Below are positions 55,784 through 64,000 of a stretch of DNA of 64,000 bases, one piece after another. The position numbers and the translations under genes are program-made. The DNA is from Rhodothermales bacterium (GTDB lineage Bacteria > Bacteroidota > Rhodothermia > Rhodothermales > DATKEJ01). Location of the stretch: NCBI GenBank assembly GCA_965250215.1, contig CBDFNN010000004.1, positions 1,266,734-1,330,733 on the forward strand, read 5' to 3'. The notes below the pieces were generated by a model that searched no databases, was not told the DNA's origin, and saw only the letters and a list, made by a program, of their open reading frames with translations. Position 1 is the first letter of the stretch; the number at the start of each line of letters is the position of its first letter.

Positions 55784-55839
55784 GAGGAGTGAGGAGTGAG
55801 GAGTGAGGAGTGAGGAGTGAGGAGTGAGGAGTGAGGAGT
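55784..55839 (+). repeat. Perfect heptanucleotide tandem array (GAGGAGT)x8
   Basis: Eight uninterrupted copies counted from 55784 to 55839, starting 25 nt after the stop at 55759 and lying upstream of pnuC. Confidence 0.98.
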
Positions 55840-55946
55840 TCAGGTTACTACTACCTCCTATTCGGCTGAAAAAAATTTGGAGCAAGGCCAAACCCAAAAC
55901 CCAAAACTCTTCTACCATTTCTCACAACGCAAAACAGCCTCGACCC

Positions 55947-56597
55947 ATGTCCCGCACGGCCTTTATTCTAAGTTGTCTTGCCAGTATTCTGGTATTGGTT
56001 TTACCATATCAAGACTTCATTCCTGTCGAATTGAGCAAGATCGAGTCACTTGGCGTGGTGACTTTTGCATGGTCTGTCTGGCTCTTGGCTCAAAATAATC
56101 CACTTGGATGGTGGGTAAGCATCGTTGGAGTGGCTCTCTATATCTACATATTTTATGAGGCCAAGCTCTATGGCGAAATAATAATTCAGATCTTCTTTCT
56201 GATTACAGGCTTTCAAGGTATTTACCTCTGGGCGAAAGGAGGCGACGGGAAAGAGGAAAGACCCGTTTCCATGATCTCGACTAAGATTCTTTTGTTGTCT
56301 CTTCTTACAGGGGTCATTGCCTTTTTCGCACTAAGAGTATTCCTAGTCGAGTTCAATGGCGCTGCTCCTTTTTGGGATGCACTTACGACAGTAATCGCCT
56401 TTGTTGCTCAGGTATATCTTATAAATCGATGGCTCGAAAACTGGTATCTCTGGATCATTGCTGATATCATTTATATACCTTTATATGCCTCGAGAGAGCT
56501 CTATTTCACAAGCGCGCTCTATGCCGTTCTCTTGCTGATGTCAATTCACGGCCTGCTGAATTTTCGAAAGCTTTATCAAGCGCAAAAGAGTCTTTAA
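55947..56597 (+). CDS. pnuC: Nicotinamide riboside transporter PnuC
   Basis: The track ORF starts at GTG 55824 inside the GAGGAGT array. ATG 55947 (MSRTAFILSCLASILVLVL) gives a 216-aa protein. PnuC-like WWVSIVGVALYIYIFYEAKLYGE and WYLWIIADIIYIPLY. Confidence 0.8.
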   Translation: MSRTAFILSCLASILVLVLPYQDFIPVELSKIESLGVVTFAWSVWLLAQNNPLGWWVSIVGVALYIYIFYEAKLYGEIIIQIFFLITGFQGIYLWAKGGDGKEERPVSMISTKILLLSLLTGVIAFFALRVFLVEFNGAAPFWDALTTVIAFVAQVYLINRWLENWYLWIIADIIYIPLYASRELYFTSALYAVLLLMSIHGLLNFRKLYQAQKSL

Positions 56598-56670
56598 CTA
56601 TTTTGCTATATATGCAACAAAGGACGGAAGAACTCCGATCTCATTATAGAATCTGCTAAACTGTATTTAC

Positions 56671-59559
56671 TTGTTTTCCAATCTTCGCCCAGTATGGATA
56701 CTTGCCATATTTCTTTTTGCCCTTCCTCTCTTCTGCATTGCTCAGGACACTCAACAGTCACCACGTGGCATCGATTGGAAAGAGATCGATTCTTCCCATT
56801 TTCGTGTCATCTTTCCTAAAGAAATTGAAGCCGACGCAAAACGTATCGCCGTAAATTTAGAGCGACTCTATTGGGCGACCAGCCGATCCTTGCAGGTCAG
56901 TCCAACGAAAATTCCGGTGGTGTTGCAGAACACCTATCCTGTTGCCAATGGTTCGGTAGGATTTGCACCTAGAAAGTCAGAGTGGTATCACCAGCCTTTC
57001 CTACCCACAATATTTGCCGGTTCGGGAGTAGATGATTGGTATGATTTACTGGCGTCTCATGAATACAGACATGTGGTTCAATTAGACGCGGCTAATACAG
57101 GCTCAACAAAATTGATGTCTCTTCTTTTTGGGGACACAGGAAGGCAAGCCATGACCTTTTTGTCGATTCCCTCCTGGTTCTTCGAGGGAGATGCCGTGGG
57201 CATGGAGACCGCTGTTGGACTAGGTGGACGTGGACGTCTTCCCTGGTTCGAGATGCATACTCGTGCTTTACTTCTCGAAGACATCAATTATTCCTATCCG
57301 AAGGCTCTTCATCGATCGTACAAGCATTATTATGCCAGCCAATATCCTTTGGGCTACGAATTGACCACATACGTCAAGAAGGAACATGGTGTAGATGCCT
57401 GGCGGGATGTTCTTGATAAAACATCTAGATATTCTTTCCTACCTCTTTCATTCAATAGATCGGTGAGAAATACTCTGGGAGCCAATATGAATACCATTTA
57501 TGATCGGACGATGGACGATTTGAAAGTGGAATGGGAAAAGTCTCTCCACATGATTCAGATATCCAACGGAATACTGATCAATGACGCCACTCATAAATCA
57601 TCCTGGACGAGCTATGCTTTTCCCGAAATTCTCGACGACGGTGGAGTCATAGCTGTGAAGACCTCACTTGAGAATCCGGCTAAGTGGGTTCGCTTTGACG
57701 CGGAAGGCAATGAGAAAGTCGGAAATCGGGCCGACTCTGAAGCATTCAGTTATGGGTTTAATCACTCCAATGGAAAAATCACATGGCATCGAACTTTACC
57801 AGATCTAAGATGGGGTCTAGGTGGTTCGTCCGTCATTATGATCCAGGATCTAGAAAGTGGAAAGACTAAGCAGTTAACATCTGGATCTAACCTCACCTTG
57901 CCCGCTCTTTCAAGTGACGCTTCGCAAGTTGCAGCGGTGGAATTTACGAAAGACCGTTTGGCCAGTCTTATCATTTATGACGTTGAAAGTGGACGAGAGA
58001 TCGAACGTATAGGAATGGGCGCCAATGATTTCATTATGTCGCCGTCATGGTCTCCTGACGATTCTAAGATCGTTGTAATGAGACAGACCTTAGCGGGAAA
58101 GGCGATGACAGAAATCGACCTGAAAACTCGCAGGACAAGGGATATCATTGAGGCAGGTACCGAGGATATTAATGAGCCCCAGCATCAGGGTAATGTCATT
58201 TACTACCAATCGAGTAGATCTGGTATCGAAAATATTTGGGCGATCGATCTTGAGAGCAACAAGAGATATCAGATCACATCCAGAATTGTTGGAGCCATGC
58301 ATCCTTCGATTTCAAAAGATGGAAAGACTCTCATTTACAACGATTATTCAACGATGGGATTCGACATTTTCGAGGCGCCTATCGACCGGAGAAAATGGAA
58401 ATACGCTCCGCAAGTTCGTGACCGAGTCACAAAATATTATCAAGAAATGCTCGACCAGGAAGAGGTTGGCCCCTACCTCCTTACCTCGACAGCAAACTAT
58501 GACGGGAGGGAAGTGAAAGACTATTCAGGAATTAAAAACCTATTCAAGTTTCATTCCTGGGCTCCCATTCTTTCTGAGGACAATGTCGGTCTGACTTTAA
58601 ACTCCAGCAATCTTCTAAATACTTTTCAGTTCGATCTCATTGCAGATCACGACAGAAAAGATCATAAGTGGAAAAATACAGTGCGGGCAACTTATTCCGG
58701 TTTGTATCCGATCTTTCAAATTGACGCTTCTCAGGAATGGCAGGAAGAAAGAACGTCTTGTGATGCTCGGGGGACTGAAAACTTGACAAGCTGTAGTGTT
58801 CAGGAAATTGATGCTAGGATAATTCTTCCCCTGAATCTGTCACGCGGAATTAATAATCGATTTCTTAAACTGTACGCGGGAGGAGAGGCTCTTCGCGCAG
58901 CTCCAAGATCTACGATTGAAGATCCCGCTGTCCTGTGGGTCAACTCATACAATTTTGGACTCACAGCTTCTCAGTTTCGAAATGGTGCATTCCGAGACTT
59001 CTGGCCAGGTTTTTCTCAGGCATTGAGTTTCGAATATGAAAAGACGACCCCAGAAAGTGGGGCAACAGGTCAAAGGACTGCCTTTTTTGGATTGGCTTAT
59101 ATTCCCGGTCTTCTCAAGCAACACAAGCTAAGAGTTAGGGCTAGCGTTGAGGTTCAAAACCCAGATACTTGGTTGTATGAGACCGATCTCGATTTGGCTC
59201 GTGGTTACGATTTTGTTTTTCGAAATCAGCTGAGCACCTTTGGAATTGATTACAAATTTCCTTTGAGCTATCCCGATATCGCCATCGGAAATCTGGTTTT
59301 TGTAAAGCGCGTTTTAGGCGGTTTCTTTTACGACCACAGCATGGGAAATAGCGAGAGCTTAACCACAAGCGTTGAAGACTTTTCCGCAAGGTCTGCTGGA
59401 GCTGAGCTTCGTTTCGATTTTCACCTCTTCGATTGGCCTCTTGAATTTCAGGCGGGAGTAAGAGCTGGAGTTCGTCTTGACGATTTAATGGGACCAGGTG
59501 ATCAACTGGACAAGAAAGGATTCTTTGTCAAGCCAGTCGTATTTGGTGTAGGCTTTTAG
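56671..59559 (+). CDS. Large envelope protein: N-terminal HExxH region, TolB-like beta-propeller, C-terminal beta-barrel-like region
   Basis: 962 aa with a TTG start and a signal peptide. HEYRH at 57058-57072. WD40-like/TolB blades (SPSWSPDDSKIVV, HPSISKDGKTLIYNDY). Alternating-pattern C-terminus ending in ...VVFGVGF. Confidence 0.7.
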   Translation: MFSNLRPVWILAIFLFALPLFCIAQDTQQSPRGIDWKEIDSSHFRVIFPKEIEADAKRIAVNLERLYWATSRSLQVSPTKIPVVLQNTYPVANGSVGFAPRKSEWYHQPFLPTIFAGSGVDDWYDLLASHEYRHVVQLDAANTGSTKLMSLLFGDTGRQAMTFLSIPSWFFEGDAVGMETAVGLGGRGRLPWFEMHTRALLLEDINYSYPKALHRSYKHYYASQYPLGYELTTYVKKEHGVDAWRDVLDKTSRYSFLPLSFNRSVRNTLGANMNTIYDRTMDDLKVEWEKSLHMIQISNGILINDATHKSSWTSYAFPEILDDGGVIAVKTSLENPAKWVRFDAEGNEKVGNRADSEAFSYGFNHSNGKITWHRTLPDLRWGLGGSSVIMIQDLESGKTKQLTSGSNLTLPALSSDASQVAAVEFTKDRLASLIIYDVESGREIERIGMGANDFIMSPSWSPDDSKIVVMRQTLAGKAMTEIDLKTRRTRDIIEAGTEDINEPQHQGNVIYYQSSRSGIENIWAIDLESNKRYQITSRIVGAMHPSISKDGKTLIYNDYSTMGFDIFEAPIDRRKWKYAPQVRDRVTKYYQEMLDQEEVGPYLLTSTANYDGREVKDYSGIKNLFKFHSWAPILSEDNVGLTLNSSNLLNTFQFDLIADHDRKDHKWKNTVRATYSGLYPIFQIDASQEWQEERTSCDARGTENLTSCSVQEIDARIILPLNLSRGINNRFLKLYAGGEALRAAPRSTIEDPAVLWVNSYNFGLTASQFRNGAFRDFWPGFSQALSFEYEKTTPESGATGQRTAFFGLAYIPGLLKQHKLRVRASVEVQNPDTWLYETDLDLARGYDFVFRNQLSTFGIDYKFPLSYPDIAIGNLVFVKRVLGGFFYDHSMGNSESLTTSVEDFSARSAGAELRFDFHLFDWPLEFQAGVRAGVRLDDLMGPGDQLDKKGFFVKPVVFGVGF

Positions 59560-59567
59560 CTTTCCCG

Positions 59568-59596
59568 AAGATCCGGTCTAATTAGGGGGATCTTTT
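59568..59596 (+). terminator. Weak candidate terminator hairpin
   Basis: AAGATCC (59568-59574) pairs with GGATCTT (59588-59594), followed only by TT. Confidence 0.3.
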
Positions 59597-59645
59597 GCAC
59601 ATTTAAAAGGTCACCCGCGCTTCTGCAAAACCGAAGGAAAAGGCC

Positions 59646-61946
59646 ATGAAGAACGATAAAGAGAAAGATCCAGGATCCAATTTTATCCACCAGATCGTGG
59701 AACAAGATCTGGAGAAAGGAACCAATGGTGATCGGGTTCTGACCCGTTTTCCTCCAGAGCCGAACGGATATTTGCATATCGGACACGCTCAATCTATTGG
59801 CCTCAATTTTTCCATCGCTTCGAAGTATGGAGGAAAAACCAATCTGAGATTTGACGACACCAATCCAACGACCGAAGATATAGAGTTTGTCGAGTCCATT
59901 AAACGAGATATTAAGTGGCTCGGATTTGATTGGGAGGATCGCCTGTATTTCGCTTCAGACTACTTCGAGAAACTCTACGATTTAGCGATTGGTTTAGTAA
60001 GGAAGGGAAAGGCCTATGTAGACTCATCAAGTCTTGAAGAGATTAGAGAAATGCGAGGTAGCGTCACTGAGCCTGGACAAAATAGTCCGTTTAGAGACCG
60101 TTCAGTCGAGGAGAATCTTGAGCTTTTTGCCGGGATGAGAGCTGGCGAATTTACCGATGGGAGCCATGTTTTAAGGGCCAAGATTGACATGGCATCACCA
60201 AACATGCTTCTCCGAGATCCTCTTCTCTATCGGATTAGAAAGGCTCATCACTATCGTACAGGCGATGATTGGTGCATCTACCCGATGTATGACTATGCCC
60301 ACCCTCTGTCTGATGCCATTGAAGGTGTTACACATTCAATTTGCACGCTCGAGTTTGAGGTTCATAGACCACTTTATGATTGGCTGATCAAGAATGCAGA
60401 TGTCACTTTCGTGTCGCGACAGTATGAGTTTGCTCGCTTGAACCCAGATTTCATGGTAACCAGCAAGAGGAAGCTAAAGAAGCTTGTTGCGGAAGGCCAT
60501 GTCAGTGGATGGGACGATCCGCGTATGCCCACAATTGCTGGCCTTAGACGTAGAGGCGTTACACCGACCGCTATACGAGCTTTTTGTGAGAAGGCCGGAG
60601 TTTCAAAAGTTGATTCCCGAACGGGGATATCCTTGTTTGAATATTGCCTACGAGATGAATTGAACTCGATTGCTCCGCGAAGGATGGCAGTGCTGGAGCC
60701 TCTAAAAATAACATTGTCCAATTGGGAAGATGGTCGAGTTGAGATGATGCCAGCTCCTTATGGTCCAATTTTCGATGGAAAGAATGAAAAGGGCCTAGAA
60801 GGAAGCTCTTCAGAGGATAAAAGACTCATGCCTTTGACCAAGGAGCTTTTTATTGAAAGGTCTGATTTTTCAGTCGAAGCTCCGAAAGGCTTTAAAAGAC
60901 TGATTCCTGGTGGTGACGTGAGATTACGACATGGATACATTATTACGTGTGACGAAGTAGTCAGAAATGAAAGCGGAGATGTAGAGGAGTTGATTTGTAG
61001 CTATGACCCCTCTAGTAAGAGCGGTTCCGACAAGAGTGGCAAAAAGGTAAAGGGCACGATTCACTGGGTCTCTGCAAGCAGATCAGTCCCTGTAAGGATC
61101 AATCTATTCGATCGTCTCTTCGCTGTGGAGAATCCGAACATTGTTCAGGAAGGACAGAGTTTCATGGATCATCTTAATCCAGATTCACTCCGAGTCATTG
61201 AGAAGGCGCGGGTCGAACCAAGTGTTTTGGATTTGTCTAAAGAAGAACGCATCCAGTTTGAGCGGCACGGGTATTTCTTTCAAGACGAAGAATCTTCGGA
61301 AGAGGAATTGGTTTTCAACATGATCGTTGGTCTCAGAGACACTTGGGCAGCTGGTGAGGAAAAGACATCGAAAAATAACGAGGAAAAAGACGCCCATGTT
61401 CAAAAGGAACAGGTATTGAGCGATGAGCAAATTAAGGCAAGAGATGAGATTCTATCGCAGTATGACATCAGCGACGAATTCGCAATTATCATCTCCGAGT
61501 CCGAGTTGCTAATTAAGGTGATGTCCGAAACCGTTCAGACTGGTTCTTCGGCTAGTGATGCTGCTAATTGGGTCGTGAATGACGTACTCAGAGTCTCAAA
61601 AGACGGAGATTTGAAATTCACTGGAGCCCAACTTGCAGAGCTCATATCCATGGTAAATGCGGACCACATTTCTGCTTCGATAGGCCGTAAGGTCTTTGAA
61701 GAGATGGCTTCATCAGGAAAGGATCCAGAAAGTATTGTGGAGGAGGAATCTCTTTCACAAATTTCGGATAGTTCGGAGCTACAAGCTATCGTTAACCAAG
61801 TACTTGAAGAACATGCCGACAAGGTAGAGATCTATCGATCTGGAAAGACAGGCGTCGCTGGATTCTTGGTTGGCCAGGTAATGCAAAAGACAGGAGGAAA
61901 AGCGAATCCGAAGATGGTAAAGGACTTAATCGTCGGGTCTATCTAA
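59646..61946 (+). CDS. glnS: Glutamine--tRNA ligase with a C-terminal GatB/YqeY-type appended domain
   Basis: 766 aa. HIGH motif PEPNGYLHIGHAQS. GlnRS core YPMYDYAHPLSDAIEGVTHSICTLEF. MSK-type loop VTSKRKL. The final ~190 aa (…AANWVVNDVL…GVAGFLVGQVMQKTGGKANPKMVKDLI) are GatB_YqeY-like. Confidence 0.9.
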   Translation: MKNDKEKDPGSNFIHQIVEQDLEKGTNGDRVLTRFPPEPNGYLHIGHAQSIGLNFSIASKYGGKTNLRFDDTNPTTEDIEFVESIKRDIKWLGFDWEDRLYFASDYFEKLYDLAIGLVRKGKAYVDSSSLEEIREMRGSVTEPGQNSPFRDRSVEENLELFAGMRAGEFTDGSHVLRAKIDMASPNMLLRDPLLYRIRKAHHYRTGDDWCIYPMYDYAHPLSDAIEGVTHSICTLEFEVHRPLYDWLIKNADVTFVSRQYEFARLNPDFMVTSKRKLKKLVAEGHVSGWDDPRMPTIAGLRRRGVTPTAIRAFCEKAGVSKVDSRTGISLFEYCLRDELNSIAPRRMAVLEPLKITLSNWEDGRVEMMPAPYGPIFDGKNEKGLEGSSSEDKRLMPLTKELFIERSDFSVEAPKGFKRLIPGGDVRLRHGYIITCDEVVRNESGDVEELICSYDPSSKSGSDKSGKKVKGTIHWVSASRSVPVRINLFDRLFAVENPNIVQEGQSFMDHLNPDSLRVIEKARVEPSVLDLSKEERIQFERHGYFFQDEESSEEELVFNMIVGLRDTWAAGEEKTSKNNEEKDAHVQKEQVLSDEQIKARDEILSQYDISDEFAIIISESELLIKVMSETVQTGSSASDAANWVVNDVLRVSKDGDLKFTGAQLAELISMVNADHISASIGRKVFEEMASSGKDPESIVEEESLSQISDSSELQAIVNQVLEEHADKVEIYRSGKTGVAGFLVGQVMQKTGGKANPKMVKDLIVGSI

Positions 61947-62395
61947 TGGATCGCTTAGCTCGTCTCAAGGATTTCTATCCCCATCTTGAAACACGAAGCC
62001 CTGGGCTTTCCGATTGGTCGGTAGCAATGCAGATTGAACATATTCTCAGAGCCCGAATCGTGATGTATATGGCTCTGGAGCGATCGACACCGGGGGAGAA
62101 GAAAAAGAAACTCACTCCTGTCGGAAGATTAATCTTTGCCGCTGGTCGTTTTCCGCGAGGGCGTGCAAAATCACCAAAAGTGGCTCTGCCCTCAGATAGC
62201 ATAGACGAAGTAGATTTAGATCGACTTTTCATTAAGGCACAAGAGTGGGATTCAAAAATCCCAAATGTTGATGAAAGAGCGTGGTTCAAGCACCCTTATT
62301 TCGGAATTTTGGATCGAGATGCAACTGTCAAATGTGTCGAGATCCACGATTATCACCACATCAAAATAATTGAGGAAATGATTGCGGGCTCGTGA
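61946..62395 (+). CDS. DinB-superfamily (DUF1569-like) protein
   Basis: 149 aa. IEHILRA near the N-terminus and HPYFGILDRDATVKCVEIHDYHHIKII near the C-terminus. The start overlaps the glnS stop by 1 nt. Confidence 0.6.
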   Translation: MDRLARLKDFYPHLETRSPGLSDWSVAMQIEHILRARIVMYMALERSTPGEKKKKLTPVGRLIFAAGRFPRGRAKSPKVALPSDSIDEVDLDRLFIKAQEWDSKIPNVDERAWFKHPYFGILDRDATVKCVEIHDYHHIKIIEEMIAGS

Positions 62396-62722
62396 TCAAT
62401 AAATTTCCCCTAGCGAAATTGCCGCCAGATACTGCGATGGGCAGTTTTGCCTAGCTTTGTAGATTTCTTGGATTCAAAGTACCAGTTTAATTCGAGTATT
62501 AGTCTGTATTATCGACGAAAAGCTGTCACATTAAATTCGATTGTGCGTTATACTGTAAAGAGATGCTTGGTCTAGAGAGGAAGAGCAATTTTGTCCCCAA
62601 TAGCATACTGTCTTATTGGCGAGGAGTAATTTTAGAGTTCGTCAAGGCTATTTTTTGATTCAACGAGACCATGCAAACTAGCGAGTCGGCGATCCCTTCT
62701 ACCCTTAGAATTAATTTTTCGA

Positions 62723-63475
62723 ATGCAGAAAACCATTGACATTAATTGTGATCTAGGGGAAAGTTTTGGGCGATATCTCCTAGGCCGTGATGAGGATTTA
62801 ATGCCTCTTGTTAGTTCTTGCAATATTGCATGTGGCTTCCACGCTGGAGATCCAAGTACCATGAGACGGACCGTCGAAAATGCTTTGGCAAGCGGTGTAA
62901 AAATTGGGGCCCATCCTTCTTTCCCGGATTTGCAGGGCTTTGGAAGGCGTGAAATGATTATTCCACTAGATGAGTTGCGAGACATGGTGGTCTATCAGGT
63001 GTCAGCCCTTAAAGGCATCGTTGAAGTTGCTGGCGGGAAACTACATCATGTCAAACCGCATGGCGCACTTTATAACATGTCGGCAAAGGATCAGAAGATC
63101 GCTGAAAGTGTGGTCGCTGGAATTGCATCTATCGACAAGAAATTAAAAATCTATTCAACGCTTGGATCCGAAATGGCTCAAGCTGCCATTAGACGGTCTA
63201 TGACGGTTCTATATGAGGCCTTTTCTGACCGGAGGTATAACTCGGACCTGTCTCTTGTTGGGCGCGAAATCAATGGTTCAGTCCTTACTTCAAGTCGGGA
63301 AATTGTTAAGCAAGTCATCCAAGTGGTTACAGAGGAAAAGATCGAAACCATGGAGGGGGACATCGTCAAAATTAAAGCTGACACGATTTGCGTACATGGA
63401 GATAACCCTAGAGTAGTAGAGATCGTGCTAGAGCTGAAGTCTCACCTCAGCGATGCAGGATATACGGTTTCTTAA
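62723..63475 (+). CDS. pxpA: 5-oxoprolinase subunit A (LamB/YcsF family)
   Basis: 250 aa. IDINCDLGESFG, SCNIACGFHAGDP and VKPHGALYN. Confidence 0.85.
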   Translation: MQKTIDINCDLGESFGRYLLGRDEDLMPLVSSCNIACGFHAGDPSTMRRTVENALASGVKIGAHPSFPDLQGFGRREMIIPLDELRDMVVYQVSALKGIVEVAGGKLHHVKPHGALYNMSAKDQKIAESVVAGIASIDKKLKIYSTLGSEMAQAAIRRSMTVLYEAFSDRRYNSDLSLVGREINGSVLTSSREIVKQVIQVVTEEKIETMEGDIVKIKADTICVHGDNPRVVEIVLELKSHLSDAGYTVS

Positions 63476-63476
63476 T

Positions 63477-64000
63477 TCAAATATTTGGTGCGTGGAAAAG
63501 CTCTACCGTGCCACCATTTGTCTCTAAGAGATCGACATACCATTGATAGCTCGCATTGGTGTGAGTTCGCTGGGAATCTAGCCCCCAGATAACCGTCAAT
63601 GTGTTTTTGCTCTTTTCGTGGGTCTTGGTTCTCTGAGAGTCTTTTACACAATTTGCGCAGGGACCCAGACTGTCCCAAAGACAAAGAAGTCCAGAAATAT
63701 TCATTACCTGCCCTGACGGGTTAAAAATGTATTCTGTCTCTGCCTCGGCGCACCTGATAGACAAAGGCGGAGTCGCCTTGTCAAAATCGATCACGCTAAT
63801 ACCCAATCCTGAATGGAGGGAAACGACATTACAAATATCAACAGCTAAATTGATGGATGACAGGATTTCCTCATTTGAGGCGCGGACTAAGTATTCTGGA
63901 GAAGGTTTTGCACGACCAGTTGGTTTGTATCCATTATGTCGTATCAAATTTCTCATCTCACTTCGGATCTCTTCACTTCGCCTGACGGGAGCATCGAAGT
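63477..64000 (-). CDS. B3/B4 tRNA-binding-domain protein; the 5' end lies beyond the right edge
   Basis: The frame is open to position 64000 (manual extension gives ...FDAPVRRSEEIRSEMRNLIRHNGYKPTGRAKPSPEYLVRA). INLAVDICNVVSLHSGLGISVIDFD is typical of solo B3/4 domains. Confidence 0.55.
   Translation of the reverse strand, partial: FDAPVRRSEEIRSEMRNLIRHNGYKPTGRAKPSPEYLVRASNEEILSSINLAVDICNVVSLHSGLGISVIDFDKATPPLSIRCAEAETEYIFNPSGQVMNISGLLCLWDSLGPCANCVKDSQRTKTHEKSKNTLTVIWGLDSQRTHTNASYQWYVDLLETNGGTVELFHAPNI

Noticed and set aside
55784-55839. Interpreting (GAGGAGU)x8 as a ribosome anti-SD 'sponge'
   Set aside because: This is pure speculation. FCB-group bacteria generally make little use of SD pairing, and I cannot see the 16S 3' end. 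It is mentioned only as a testable idea.
55824-55946. Track ORF start for pnuC at GTG 55824, which adds 41 residues (MRSEEFRLLL...)
   Set aside because: That start lies inside the (GAGGAGT)x8 array, and the extension is non-hydrophobic and unlike PnuC. ATG 55947 gives the expected membrane N-terminus.
62632-62985. 117-aa minus-strand ORF overlapping the pxpA start
   Set aside because: It is antisense to a well-supported LamB/YcsF-family CDS and has no recognisable motifs, so it is a shadow ORF.
1-64000. Mobile genetic elements, prophage, defence systems, toxin-antitoxin pairs
   Set aside because: I recognised no transposase, integrase, recombinase, reverse transcriptase, restriction/modification, Cas, or typical small TA gene pairs in any frame of the supplied ORF track.

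Overview
Densely coding 64-kb chromosomal segment with about 47 CDS on both strands. GC looks like 45-50% by eye. I recognised no rRNA, tRNA, CRISPR array, transposase, integrase or phage genes. The gene content points to a member of the FCB group (Bacteroidota, Rhodothermota or Balneolota-like); the exact taxon cannot be determined from this window. Supporting content: four intact T9SS C-terminal sorting domains plus one decayed remnant, a TonB-dependent receptor with a DUF4249-like partner, a DUF1549/DUF1553 + DUF1501 pair, Tat-signal TIM-barrel 'sugar phosphate isomerase' genes, and GMC oxidoreductases with a gluconate-2-dehydrogenase subunit-3-type partner. Recognisable housekeeping genes are glnS, galU, ada, pnuC, pxpA and a plsY-like gene. 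Main observations: (1) many of the longer intergenic spacers carry 7-9-nt micro tandem arrays, including perfect (AAAACTC)x10, (GAGGAGT)x8 and (GACGACT)x6, which sit against start or stop codons and show a strand polarity relative to the genes; (2) an ~80-nt intergenic hairpin element is present twice, with conserved termini; (3) a putative periplasmic sugar/glycoside oxidation island has two GMC flavoproteins sharing one Tat hitch-hiker subunit, Tat TIM-barrel enzymes and a blue-copper lipoprotein; (4) two ~860-aa T9SS cargo genes are tandemly duplicated; (5) a GC-rich Nramp-like transporter carries a ~145-aa coiled-coil insertion and is flanked by two gene remnants; (6) GlnRS is fused to a GatB/YqeY-type C-terminal domain; (7) a 962-aa protein combines HExxH, a beta-propeller and a beta-barrel. 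All functional calls rest on by-eye motif recognition of the supplied translations. No database search was run.
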